From Phoronis australis (lineage: Eukaryota; Animalia; Phoronida): a DNA stretch of 64,000 bases. The notes under the pieces were generated by a model. That model did no database searches, was not told the DNA's origin, and saw nothing but the letters and a program-made list of their open reading frames with translations. The stretch's first letter is position 1. Every line of letters begins with the position of its first letter. Where the stretch lies: NCBI GenBank assembly GCA_002633005.1, contig NMRA01000312.1:267850-331849 (forward strand). The letters run 5' to 3'. A program made the position numbers and the translations under genes. Shown here in pieces: positions 13,201-24,250 of this stretch.

Positions 13201-16200
13201 GTGAAAGTTTTCTATAAGACTTGAAATCAAGTGTGTTAGATCCACATCTAATCAGACTACACTCACATCGACTGACACACAGAGTAGTTCAACGGTGGTT
13301 TTGCTGATAACGCTGGCTTGTCGTATGGACCGGTTTATCACCGCTAGCTCGCCAAATTCCATGCCACTGTGAAGGAAACAGACCGTTCTTGTAACTTCCG
13401 TTTTGTCATCGCGAACGGTGACCACAACTGAAACAGAGATGAGGAAATACGCGAACATAGATACTTTTTATCGGGAATTCTTGATAGTAAGTCCCAGGGC
13501 ATGTTTTCGGAAAAGGTAATTATTACCCATTTCTTGTACCCTAAAAGTACTCTGGGGGGCATACGAAATGGGAATGCACAATATAGTAGATAGAAAGAGA
13601 TGTTTGACTAGTCGCAAACATATTCGTAGAAAAGATATTATGATTGAAAATTGGCGCCTAACTGAGAAATTATAATCGTGCACCCAAATGTAGGCCCATG
13701 AATCTCTATTTTGAATATTTCCCGAATATAGAACTACAGAATTGTACAGTTAGGGGCTTGTTTGAGGGAATTCCCCGTAATTATTTCACTTTCCTACACG
13801 TGAACCCGGCGCTACAAGTTTTACATATTTGCTATCGAAACGATGTTTTGCCGTGTGGTGCTGCGCAGTAGCGTTAAAATGCTACACTGTTTACGTAGCA
13901 GGTACTCTTGTTTACCTTTGAAATCCGATGTTAGAAACCTCGGTCTACCTGGCGATTTTGGAAAGTAGCGAAAGTAGGCAGTGTAAGCGTTTTGAACAAC
14001 CAATATCTGTCTCAAGACACAAGAGTATTGATGGAGTTGGAGCTCAAAAACTAACTATAAAATCTGAAAAATCCGGGACAGCGTTACTAACGCTTTAGAG
14101 GAATAAGTCAACAGCTATAGGAATTAAAGACCACCACCATGTTCAACTGAGCTGTATATTGTCATACATAGGACGTTTGTAGCTGAACAATCGTTTAAGG
14201 AAAATACTATTCAGAAGTATTTCCATAGCCTCAAATTCCCCCTTCGGATGCGTTCCAAATTTGCGCATGTCAGGAACTTTAGCCGAGAGATATGGCCAAT
14301 CAGTCTCGTTTGAAAGTTACGTGACTTGCCGTATCCGTGAAGTTCGCTCATGCACACATTTCGAGGTCACAGAAATTCTCGTGGTGTCCCAAATATACCC
14401 ATAGTGCAATAGCAGGCGACAACACTTTTTGTGGATTACGGAAGCAGACCATTACTTTACTTTTACTACTACATCTCGCCTTACAATCACGCTACCTCTG
14501 GCGGCCAAATTAAACACTGTCTTTGATCAGTGCAATCACCAAACTAGTGTTTCCTATCCCACACTGGAAATTGCAAACGTTACCGATCAATAATTGTAGT
14601 TTCTCGTCATGCTGATTTAAAGTTGCTGGACCCGAGTCTAGCAAATGAGACGGTTCAAATTGAAATCAAACAGAATTTTGAATGTTACATCGAAACAAGT
14701 TATGGCCTTTGATTCGGGTACAAAAAAAAATTCCCAAAGCCGCATATCCTGACGTTCTCTAACAAAGCTCGCAGAAACGCTAAATCGAAGTTTTCAGAAA
14801 ATTGTGAAACGTTGTCATTCAGATGACAATAACCTCAACGTGTTTTTGAAAACCTGATAAAATCCCGTGTACATTGCAGTTTCAATTCCAAACCATTCAA
14901 AATTAATATATAAACAACATGGTGAAAAAAAATTTCAGCGAATCGTGACGAACCTGTTCCCGACAAAATGATGTAGAATGCTTGCGGGACGTGACCCTGT
15001 CTCACGATGGCTCGTCTTGGCTCAAAACACTCGTACCAGCCGATCTCGCAAATCTTTTTCTGTTTGTTGATTGGATACTCGGCAAATGCCTGAAGACGAC
15101 GGAGAGCGATCAGAAGCTGAAACGTCAATGCAAATTTTCCCATGAATGTTCAATTGACATTTGATACGTCTTCAATGATTGGCAGGAGGGTAACGTGACT
15201 GTTTGTTAATATAGACACTATGTTGCAGTGAAAGAATCGGGTTTTTGCTAAACAAACAAAAGATAATCCCTTTAACATGGATATAATGGATGTCTACATT
15301 GAGGTGCATTCAGTAGACAAGTGATAATGCACAGAAATTTATTTTTGCGGATGTTCACGGCTACTTGTACATAACTCAAGATTGCAACACATTGTCGAGG
15401 TCCAATAACATGCCGGCATTGACGGCTCTAGGTCGGTTCCACGGCACACTACCAAAAATAAAAAACGCGCTCAGGAAACAAAAAGGCAGCAACAACGTCA
15501 GTAAACCCACTTTAACAAAACCAAAGATGTTTCACATACTTTGTACGAATTTAGTGTTTTCCAGAGGTTTCACATGTTTCTATATATAAGTTTTTATCCA
15601 GAAGTTACACTCCATAAGATTTTAACATTTGCTGGAAATTGATATGAAGGACAATGCAATAATGCTACTCGTCAAAACATCAACAAATCTCGTATTTTCA
15701 TTCATACGTCTAATGCATATCATTTAATGTCCCGATTATTTACTCACGTATTTCAACTCTTTTCCTGTCCTTTTCTTCGGATGCGTCAGAAGTATACGTT
15801 TTGCTTCTGTTGGCAGCTTCTGTTCCTTATTTGCCTTGAAGTAATCCGGATCGAACAAAAGCACAGTGCCTGAAGAGTTCTTAGAAGGCGTGTCTGCTAA
15901 CTGGGTGACCGAGAGCAATTGGTTTTTCATCTGTTCAGCCCTGAAGCGCGAAAATTCATCAGAGAAAGTAGACATAGGTTTTAACTCAAATGTTGAATAT
16001 TAACGGATGCCATCGGTGGGTCCATTGCGCCATTCGATGTAGGAGATCCAATGGTTAGGTATGATCATTCGACGACATGGTACCGAGGAAATACGATCCA
16101 GTGATTTTGTATGATCATACGATGAATTGGATCCAGAGATTACGTAACATTATTCGATGAAATGAATCCAGAAATTATGTATGACCTGTCAATGAGTGAA

Positions 16201-19200
16201 AGATCAGTTTCTGCTTTTTCTCCAAACAACCGTTACTGTACAAGTTCATGAACTACCACAAAAGTCATTTTCTGAGGTGAGGAAAGACCCAGAGCTAGCT
16301 CAGATTAGAATCAAGAAACTTCGTTTTTGCATCCAGACGCTCCACTGGCAAAGCTAAACCTGATTCGATAAAAGGCAGAGTATTTTTAAGCGTATTTCAT
16401 TGGTATAGTCAAAGGTCTTGATTTCAAGGAATTTCTGTCACGCAACCGCGATATTTGTCGATTTCAATAAAATCAACTTGTTTTATTTTTTCATAGCTCT
16501 GGTGAAAGCTAAAAACTTTAAAGGGTCCATTCAATCCAACAATAATTCCGAAAACGCGTTTCGGCCCTAAAAATGAAAGTAATCCTTTAAAGCTATAACA
16601 CTGGAACAAAATTCATTTCAGCCAAACTGATACGTCAACTGTTCAACATGTCATGGATGTACTTTAAAATGGCAAAAAATCCGCGTTCCATCAATGAAAC
16701 TACCTTTTGGTTTAGACTACTAACTCCACCAAAATTAGTCCCAACTTTTTTATCACTCAGACGAGAAGTGATTTCTTGGTTTGCAAAGAACTCAAAGTTC
16801 GAGACCACGCATGGCACGTGAGATGACACGACGTGACAAGCTAACTTCTAGAGCCTCCGTCTCAAGCAATAACGAAACGAACGTTTCTTTCCAAGCACTG
16901 AAACCACCTCAGATTTGACCAAGAAACAATTTGAAACTAATCATAACTGTAAAATGACCTGAATCAAAGGTTGGTTTTTGCGATGGAAGGCGGGATTGTA
17001 GCCGCTTTAGACATCTAACGAGGCGCATGAAAAGGGGAAAATGCTCATGGACTGCTCCAAGAACACTTTTCTGCCGACACCATCATTTCGAATGATATTG
17101 TGACAGCAAAAGTATATTTCTATTGAATTTTCGGAGCAGAGCCGCAGAATGCCGCCAATCCAAAGAATAAAAAATGGGTCGTGAGCAAGATCAAAAGAGA
17201 AAGGTGTGCCAATACAGAGTAAAGTAATATTGCATAAAACTGGTTACAGTTAATTACGTTTCGTGTACTGGCGGAAACTTCTAAATATACCATGAGTTTT
17301 TATCACAAGAACGCGTGAGTTGTAAGACTACGATCAGTCATCTCATAAAGAACCAATCCCTAGAGTAAAACGAGGTGACGCATCAAAGCGACATACAAAC
17401 ACATTTGTAACATAGAATAACAATTACCAATTTCTAATGGATTCCATGTCGTCAAATCCCTCGTCCAGGTTAGCGGACGGTAGTTCCACAATCTCGTTTT
17501 TATCCCACTCCATGCGTGCTTGCAAATGGTCAAAACTAGGCTTAAATCGGTGATACATAATCTTTGGACCCCATGCGGTCAGCCCCGCATCACGTTGGTA
17601 ACGACACTATTGTGAGTACTTCAGTTTCACACTACAAACTTCGCTTTTGTTCGTCCACCACCGTTTTGTTTGCATTCGACGATGGAGAGTCAATTCATTC
17701 TACGGTATATGACGTTCACTTGTCAAATACAGTTCTCTATCCTAATACATTAAGAAAATATGCCTCGTCTTTGTGACTTGTATTTGCTCAATAAGGATAT
17801 GTATTTTTAAGTCTCTTTTCCCTTTCGAGATGGTTTATCTTTCCAATGAATTTAAGCGGTGTTATATCCTTGGCAAGCGCGGTGGTGAGAGAACCGAGGG
17901 TTGAAGCAGGTTTTGCAAATCTCAGAACCGACGCACGATATATATTTTCGCCTAACGAAACGTTGAAAGTTAAAATCTCCTCGAAAACGGACTTTGCAAA
18001 TGTCAGAAATGGTGCACAATATATGTTTTGCCTACACTGTAGCTACAAAACATTGTAAGTTTAAAACCTACTTTGCGCCGTCCGTTTCCTCCGCTACTGG
18101 ACAATTAAAGAAATCGTACAAATTGACATACTTACACGCACTTCACATCCCCGTATAAATATTTGGTCTAAACTCTGTGTACTCGTCTTAATATGGGTTC
18201 CTATCTTATTAAAAATGATTGTGTTTACCGACCGTCGAAAACTCATGGCATTCTGTTTAGTTTAGTGTAATGAAAACAGATTGCATTTCTACTTCAAAGC
18301 GCGATCGGTCTAAATGTGCATTTTGTTAGTAACAAAATGAAGTAAGCGGTGTTATATAGAAAATTCAATTTTTTTTAAAATATTGTAACGAGCAGTCTGT
18401 CTATGCAAATTAATTTATTGCCGTTTAATCATAAACCTCACAGGTGGACATATCTATGTGACACCTCCTTAAAAAAACATTAAAGTTGAGTATGTAATGT
18501 ACTTCATCAGCTTCGCACGGCAGCTGATAAAAACGTTTGTTCATGCATTATCCGCAAATCCGCTTACTATCACTATGTTGATGAACAGTAGGTTAAACAC
18601 GACCCACAGTTCGTCCTAGGAGTTTTGTCTCTGATAGCTTCACCAGGCGACGAGCTAGTTTATTACAACCTTGGGCATCATATCAGGGAAAGCAGACTAT
18701 AAATTCAGGGCCACAGAAGGGAGCGAAAGGCATGCAAATGACCACAGTATCATGGGGGCATTGAGAAAGGGATTAAAATATTTCTGTACGCTGGTTTTGC
18801 TCTTTTAAAAGTATGCGCTCGTTGACGAATGCAAACTTCACGACAGGTGTTTTGAAAACCGGGAGTTGTGACCCACCAAAGATAGGTTTAGTTCATTAGA
18901 ACGTCGTCAAGTCTAAACTGATAATTTGAAAGTGTTCTGGAGACAAAAACATCTCACTTATTTCAATTTGTAACTACAAACTTTTGCTACCAAAGTTCTC
19001 TCAGTCGACTTCACTATAAGTTGGGGTCGGGCGTTGCTTTGTCAAAATGTAAGACTTGCATCTTACCTTTTTTTCTAAATATAACCGACATTTAACGAAA
19101 TAGGGACACAATCTACTTGTTTTTGTATTTCTTGAACAAAAACAGCCTATATGATTACTTTGAAGTGAAACTTCTTAGCGAAACAGCTGTATTGCTTGGT

Positions 19201-21124
19201 TTTGAAAAATGAGAGAATTTCAGATGTTTCTTACCTCTGATAGCATACCCGACACCAGGAGAGACATGCCAAAACCAGCCTTATAGTGCGTCGAAACTTC
19301 TCTAAAGGTGGAACCTGTAAGTATCCATGCTCGTAAAAAGAGGGCTTAAAACGTCACTGCAATGTTTCTGGTCCTTTCAAATTAATCTATTGGTGATTTG
19401 AGGAGTTTGCATAAGAGACTGCATATTAGTCGTCATCATACGAAAAATCTATGGTAAGTAAATGTTCCTGAGGAGCACATTAGAGGAACTCAGATTTGCA
19501 TCGTGATAGTGAAGGTTTGAGAACACTGAAAAAAATGCAGGCGCGTTCAATCACTGGATAGAGTCTTCGTGATGAATGAATTTCGAGTTTGTGCCTAAAC
19601 CGATCGATAAGTTGGATCAGTTCTGTTATTTAGGGTGTCCTTGATTTGTACTATTAGAATATTCATTGTAAGAGTGGTTTACGTGTAGTAGAACTGATAG
19701 GCAACGGACGTGGTAATTGTCATTTTTTTCGTGACTAAGCGGTGCACCATCAGCATTTTTTCATAAACTGAAATACGAAAAAAATATACGTAGACGTGCT
19801 TTAAACTTTTATTTAATAAGAATATCATAAGAAGTAGATATGATCATAAATGTAAACAAGATCTTCGATGTCTACGTATATGCGCGCATGTACGCTGCAA
19901 TAAGTCACTGGAATGTCTGTTAAGCTGATTCGTGCTGAATTTCCCGAGGGTAAAGGATTTGTAGGTTTAGAATTGCTATATTTACATATGAACCTTGAAA
20001 TACTTAAAATCTACTAGTTGTTTGGCATTAAACCATACTTTCCGACACCATCAAGATGAAATTCATAGCTCTATACGCCTAGTAGAGACGCAATGTATTA
20101 AAATACGTTGCGTCTCTGTCGTATTTGCTTTCTACCATGTACACCTCGCAGTACAATGCAGACTTGATTGATAGTATAAAGTGAATAAAATACATTTGTG
20201 AGACGAATGAAGGAGAGAAGATGTGATTAAGATCGGAAATTTATTGTTTTGAGCTCTATTTATTACATCCACACATCAGAAGTTTATGAAAATGCGAGCT
20301 GCAATCAGTCCATTCAATGTCTCATTATATGACGTTGAACAGAAATATATTGATGAACACTGGAATAAAATGATCTGATATCTAATTTCAGTTGTGTTAC
20401 AGCAGGAATCACCCAGTAAATGGAATGATTGCCTCGTTTAGTTGGATATGACGTACTCCACAAATAGGAAATTTGCATACAAAGGCTCCTTAAACTGGCA
20501 GTGTTTTATTCCCAGGCAACAACATTGTACAAGTTTTATTTGATGAGCTATTAAAAGTGGATACTCACCGTCGCCATCTGAAATTCCTGTGAATGATTCT
20601 CCTGTTTAAGCATCTTTTACGTGATTTATAGTTATGGCGTGTACACACGTTATGGCATGTACACACGTTAATGCGTCTACACACGTTATGGCGTGTACAC
20701 ACGTTATGGCGTGTACACACGTTACCACCAGAAAAACTCGACTGCTATAACTACGTTAGCAGCTTAATAAAATTTACTATAGATTCGATAACCGACTTTG
20801 TCGTTTAGGGCATGAGCCATTTATCATATCAAGTTTCAACGAAAGCAGCCTTCGAAGGCCATAGAAAAACATAATCCCACAAATAACCACGTGGCTAGGT
20901 GGATTAATTTATCAATTTGACTTTGAAATAAAAACATTTAACAAAAAACAAGTAGGTTAATTGGTCGCTGACAGCTGACGAGTTAACTCGAAATTGAATG
21001 ACTCGTTAAAGAATATACGCAGAAAATATTTTAAAGAGCACTTTTAAAATCTAATTGTGACGAAAACAAAACAGCGAGAAACTTCAAAAACGTTCAAACT
21101 AACCCACTCCAATTCGTCCAACAT
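4161..21124 (-). CDS. Spliced gene: cyclic nucleotide-binding domain-containing protein 2-like (two cNMP-binding domains); 3' end not found in the window
   Basis: Phase-consistent GT-AG exons: 21104-21124, 20569-20601, 19235-19314, 15748-15940, 14954-15116, 13267-13427, 12208-12350, 11381-11441, 7757-7811, 7062-7234, 4684-4790, 4161-4269 (433 codons, open). Motifs: FRRTIRLVL, LLFDPDYFKA, IVRQGHVPQAFYIILSG, FGELAVINRSIRQASV (phosphate-binding cassette), RGRVLVRDSNLSDWIYIVKTGS. The family assignment comes from recalled motif similarity, not a database search. Confidence 0.85.
4369..4514. mobile_element. Head-to-tail dimer of a ~71-bp hAT-like MITE
   Basis: Termini CATGGGCGGCG...CGCCGCCCATG. 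Internal GCTATAGCCCCC(C)ACTTTTTTCAGTGC occurs twice. Flanks ACTGT/AATGT (4/5 TSD match). Confidence 0.7.
4684..4790 (-). CDS. CNBD2-like exon (QKTLPGVTDISERLGVIDYDSILDLHRKRIVPKYS)
   Basis: ttttag acceptor, GTAGG donor, phase 0 to 2, open frame. Confidence 0.7.
5496..5503. promoter_or_regulatory. Perfect CRE (TGACGTCA) ~70 bp upstream of the nested ORF
   Basis: Exact palindromic CREB/ATF/CREM consensus, with a second half-site TGACGT at ~5475. Function is inferred only. Confidence 0.4.
5573..6892 (+). CDS. Intronless 439-aa coiled-coil protein, nested antisense in an intron of the CNBD2-like gene
   Basis: 1320-nt uninterrupted ORF with AAAATG start context. Heptad-rich E/K/L/Q composition over roughly residues 35-320. 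Lies between host exons 4684-4790 and 7062-7234. Confidence 0.82.
   Translation: MIKCKSLKKTKSLSTSEVQTDILREDKSDCNYTGDISRLKQEVYSLVNMYGDLVTSVKEREPQIEKLNEMMRKRDEERKEFAALWKTASSAIAKYEAILEKMDDQVKELTGQRRALEYECIEMKEIVDHYKTENEDLIEKVEARSKCTGGGGESLKPEIARLKKEITEVRRCNDRVLAQNVILLESVHAKESLVNAFERKHELLKNYVKQLENDVLVALDHEREVIESNGMLQLQLRKAEYVLAEYMTPTEQAQQNLKTRGMMGICSKMADQLSAFQVQNMEYRQENMRLHSVLAECHCTITSQSKALRDIQLLVEDYAKHNDNLPISSEDDPLAQKHDKACESASVDFLARGETGELGISQELPARVIESGGEARAKMHEVSSATNVHENKQLHRHSVRDHHSDSSLIFHALREIQKSCVQIQTQFRQRSETNLLKDI
7062..7234 (-). CDS. CNBD2-like exon (GKSLRSSVADRESS...MDMVKAL)
   Basis: tagcag acceptor, GTATGT donor, phase 1 to 0. Confidence 0.75.
7757..7811 (-). CDS. CNBD2-like exon (GSISVFKKLKKVEKPNDA)
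   Basis: ttttag acceptor, GTATC donor. Continues the WIYIVKT/GS motif of the second cNMP domain. Confidence 0.8.
8158..8386. mobile_element. hAT-like MITE (family A, copy 1)
   Basis: TIR CATGCGCGCACC / GGTGCGCTCATG; flanks TAAAG/CAAAG. Internal sequence is shared with 10925-11163. Confidence 0.8.
9875..10275. mobile_element. PIF/Harbinger-type MITE with long inverted arms
   Basis: TIR GGCCCGGTCTC(C/T)AATCTTT(T/G)TACTCGAAA with 3-bp TSD CTG on both sides. Related partial copies at ~21340-21410, ~26440-26670 and ~44850-45150. Confidence 0.85.
10925..11163. mobile_element. hAT-like MITE (family A, copy 2)
   Basis: Perfect 13-bp TIR CATGCGCGCACCA; flanks GGTTG/GTTTG. Shares CATTTGGCG.AGTGGGCAAAA.GATCCGCCTCAGAGAAACAAAA and CGAGACAAAAGTCCACTAAAAAG with copy 1. 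Confidence 0.8.
11381..11441 (-). CDS. CNBD2-like exon (RGRVLVRDSNLSDWIYIVKT)
   Basis: cctttcag acceptor, GTTAGT donor, phase 2 to 0. Encodes cNMP-domain beta strands. Confidence 0.85.
12208..12350 (-). CDS. CNBD2-like exon (DYEDIFMSGG...KSLMFSYF)
   Basis: ttgtag acceptor, GTAAGT donor, phase 0 to 2. Confidence 0.85.
13267..13427 (-). CDS. CNBD2-like exon containing the phosphate-binding cassette (GMEFGELAVINRSIRQASVISKTTVELL)
   Basis: tttcag acceptor, GTGAGT donor. FGE..R.ASV is the cNMP-binding signature. Confidence 0.92.
14954..15116 (-). CDS. CNBD2-like exon (LLIALRRLQAFAEYP...RQGHVPQAFYIILSGT)
   Basis: tttcag acceptor, GT donor, phase 0 to 1. N-terminal half of a cNMP domain. Confidence 0.92.
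15748..15940 (-). CDS. CNBD2-like exon (AEQMKNQ...LLFDPDYFKANKEQKLPTEAKRILL...ELKY)
   Basis: cttcag acceptor, GTGAGT donor, phase 2 to 0. Confidence 0.88.
17428..17558 (-). CDS. Candidate alternative first coding exon of the CNBD2-like gene (MYHRFKPSFDHLQARMEWDKNEIVELPSANLDEGFDDMESIRN)
   Basis: ATG-initiated open frame ending in a TG/GTAAT donor at phase 2, compatible with the 15940 acceptor. Confidence 0.45.
19235..19314 (-). CDS. CNBD2-like exon (VPPLEKFRRTIRLVLACLSWCRVCYQ)
   Basis: ttacag acceptor, GTAAGA donor, phase 0 to 2. Confidence 0.8.
20569..20601 (-). CDS. CNBD2-like small exon (ENHSQEFQMAT)
   Basis: aacag acceptor, GTGAGT donor, 33 nt, phase 0 to 0. Confidence 0.55.
20631..20724. 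repeat. 18-bp minisatellite (GTTATGGCGTGTACACAC) x5
   Basis: Directly visible tandem copies with few substitutions. Confidence 0.9.
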
Positions 21125-21244
21125 TATCTTGCCACAAGACACTTTGGAATGAACTCTGATATCGTGTGCAGAATACGTGATTAGATGACCAGCTACGAAA
21201 CCATGTAAACACGGCGGCGTAGAGAAGAATCATCGCCCCGTGTC
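21104..21244 (-). CDS. CNBD2-like 5' exon (mostly UTR; coding MLDELEW from ATG at 21124)
   Basis: Long polypyrimidine tract + cag acceptor at 21244 and GTTAGT donor. The ATG is in frame with the downstream exons and has an in-frame stop upstream. Confidence 0.45.
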
Positions 21245-24057
21245 CTGAAGAGGGACGAGGGAGAGTGAGGAGGAACAGAATACAAATGGTGTTACGCAAA
21301 TACGCACGTGCGTAGTAGCTGGTTCGGAGTCAATTCAATTTGCTCGAAATCATTTTAACATTCTTCATTTAACTTTAGTACGAACTCAAGATAAGTGTCT
21401 CAGAGTCTATTGTTTTGTCATCGGATTAGTGACTGATGCGTATTGGACAGCTGGGGAACCTGGGATATTAATGAAAACAGACTTTTTCCGCATTTGAGAT
21501 ATTTAAGTCCAACTCAAAAGTTGTTCGAAATTATTACCAAAACAGTTGAATGTTAACACGCTTTGTTTGATTTTACGTTCAACAAAATATTTAACACTGT
21601 GAAATCTATCTTTATGTCGTCTTTAAACCAGCAAAAACTGAACCAAAATAATATAACCCGGAACCACAATGATGACGTCATGCTCGTATGGCTTTTGTAA
21701 TATCTTTACTTTATTGTGATTCTTTGCTTTTAAACCAAGTTTATTAGGATCTGGTTCCTACATTTTGACTGTGTGACTGGGAAATACTTCTTTACACGCG
21801 AAATGTCTTGGAGAAACAGTGAAACAACTTTGTCCAAAGGAGTATTGCCCTCGTACAACTTGCACGTCTGTTATTGAGCGTGTGTTTCAATGGCGACTGT
21901 TATTTTGCCAGTATAAATTTTCTGCGTTCTCCGCCATTTAATTTAGAAGGTCAGTCCCGTATAGTAGAAACAAATAATAACTGTACTATAGCAGATGAGC
22001 AAGTTGTCTTTTTGACTCGTTAACTTTATTTATCTCAGTTTGAATTGGACAATACTTGGACAGAATAAGCTTCTCAAGTGTTGTCAACTGCCAACAAAAA
22101 TAACATCTTTAATACTCAAAATTGATTGAATTGCCTAAAGTAATGACGGAAATGAGACGTAAATGACACTTCAAAGACATTGTTACAAATGTATAGCGTT
22201 CAGGAACACGAGAATAACCATTTTAAGAATTTTAACTGTGGTAACCTTGTAGGATGCACTATTACCTTGTGTTCTGCCACTAACACTTTTGAAATAATTT
22301 ATAGTGTAATATACGTTTCATTAATTTCTTCATTTTGGACAGTTGATGACTTAAGAGGGTACTATTATTGAAACGAAGTTTAGGTGAAGCTAAAAGTTTA
22401 TTCATTTAAAAGAATTTTAACCACACTGTCATTTGGAATTGTGGTTAACTGTTCTTGGAAGGAATGAAAAGCGCCACCTCCAGAGTACAGATAAATATAC
22501 GGCTGTAAACAAGTTAAATTTACATGAGTCATAAAGACTTTATTCATGTTTTGGATTGAGTATCATTGCCCAGATAACCTATAAGGAAAGCAAACCCGGT
22601 AGACTGGGAAACAATTCCGTGATGAATCACATAGTTTTAAGTTCCTTCGTTTTTTTAGATTTTCTTCGATTTTTTCACGATTGAACACAGTTAATAATTC
22701 CTCAATTTTTGCGTTCATGCGATAAGCATTTTAAAGATGCCGGAAAAGTACGGGAATTTTTATCAAAAGAGGCTCGCCTTTTAAGGCGAGTACTCAAGTG
22801 CCTCGCATAGGCCCATGCGCCCAAAATTCATTTATAGGCGCAAGCCACTATGCTTTGCATGCGCACATGCCTTTAATTGGGCGTGTTTTTATTTTTCATA
22901 GTGTTGTTTTTAGTCGGCGAGCACAGGTCTCAAATTGAATACGGGTACAGGTCAGTATTAAACCAATTATAGTTTTTGCTTAGATATTTGCTCTTCGATT
23001 TTATCCACGTGTTTCACATGCGCCTAATTTTGGACGGGGTATAGGAACAATTCCACATACGGGGATTAAATATGCACAAATTCAGTCGTATTAGGACAGG
23101 TAGAGGAGCAAATTGTTGTAAATTTAAAGGGATCTTATTAGTTGAGAAAAGTGATTTACTGAGATCATTCTCAACCATAATTGATCCTACAACACTCGCG
23201 GTCGCCGTCTAATGCTTTGCTAGCAGATCTAAACATCACGCCAAAAGTATTTCAAGCCTATTTAACTGGTCAAGTCAGCGAATGCCTGGCAAACATTGGC
23301 AAGAATAGTCGGAAAAGGCTCAAATAGCGTTTTCAGCCTTTTGATGATATGTGTAGAACATGATTATTTTATTTTACGACGGTTACGAAAATGGAGTCGT
23401 GAAATTAGGCTAGTTATTTGTTTTCTTGGGTTGTGTGAAGACCCTTAATGCGTGAGTCAGCTGTATTTTATGGCTCACCACGGTGGCCATTTTAGGTGGT
23501 GACGCACCACCAAAATTACCAAAATTAGACTAAAATCATATTAAATTCAATTGAAAATTATTGAGACTTGTGTTAAATGAACATTATTTGGGCTTAAGTT
23601 TCGACTGAACTGATTCACATTAAAATCCGTTTCAGTAAGGTTTTAACTAAGATGAAGCGGGCGATTATCTTTTAACTTCTAAGATAGATTACACAACACC
23701 AACGAACAACTGTACATGCATTTTCTTTATAAAGGCGGATAACTCATTCGCCAAGGCTGTTTGTCTATTGTGTGGGTGGTAGGTGATGTTCTAGCATTCA
23801 AATGAGACAACTGGAACTAATACTAAATTAAAATCCAAATTCAAAATGTCATAAAACCATGGCATAATGACAGAGGAAACAGACACAAGGAACAAACGCC
23901 ACACAGCGATGCGTATGGGATCTCCCCCGAACGGCACTAGATTTTAATTAATGGATTTGGTATATTTTGCAGTGTTTGTTTTGCAACATTTTACCACGCC
24001 CGTTTGAGAAGCCACTCCTGAGTAACCTGTTTCACCTCACGTTAGATCCTATACATA

Positions 24058-24250
24058 CGGTGGCTGTGAAAGGACGGCACGGCAACTATTTTTCTCCGTT
24101 GCTAACTCAATCGATAGACTTATTAACTCTATCGATAGACTTGTTAACTCTATCGATAGACTTACTATCTCTATCGATAGAGTTAGTAGGTCTATCGATA
24201 GAGTTAGCAACGGAGGAAAAAGTTGATGTGTCGTCCTTTTACAGCCACCG
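24058..24250. mobile_element. 193-bp MITE with ~50-bp TIRs, TA TSD and an internal 21-bp tandem array
   Basis: TA|CGGTGGCTGTGAAAGGACG...TCCGTTGCTAACTC and GAGTTAGCAACGGAG...CGTCCTTTTACAGCCACCG|TA. Confidence 0.88.

Noticed and set aside
17788-17951. Minus-strand open frame after a ttag acceptor (ENIYRASVLRF...TYPY*)
   Set aside because: Its phase does not fit the upstream exon and it has no recognisable motif.
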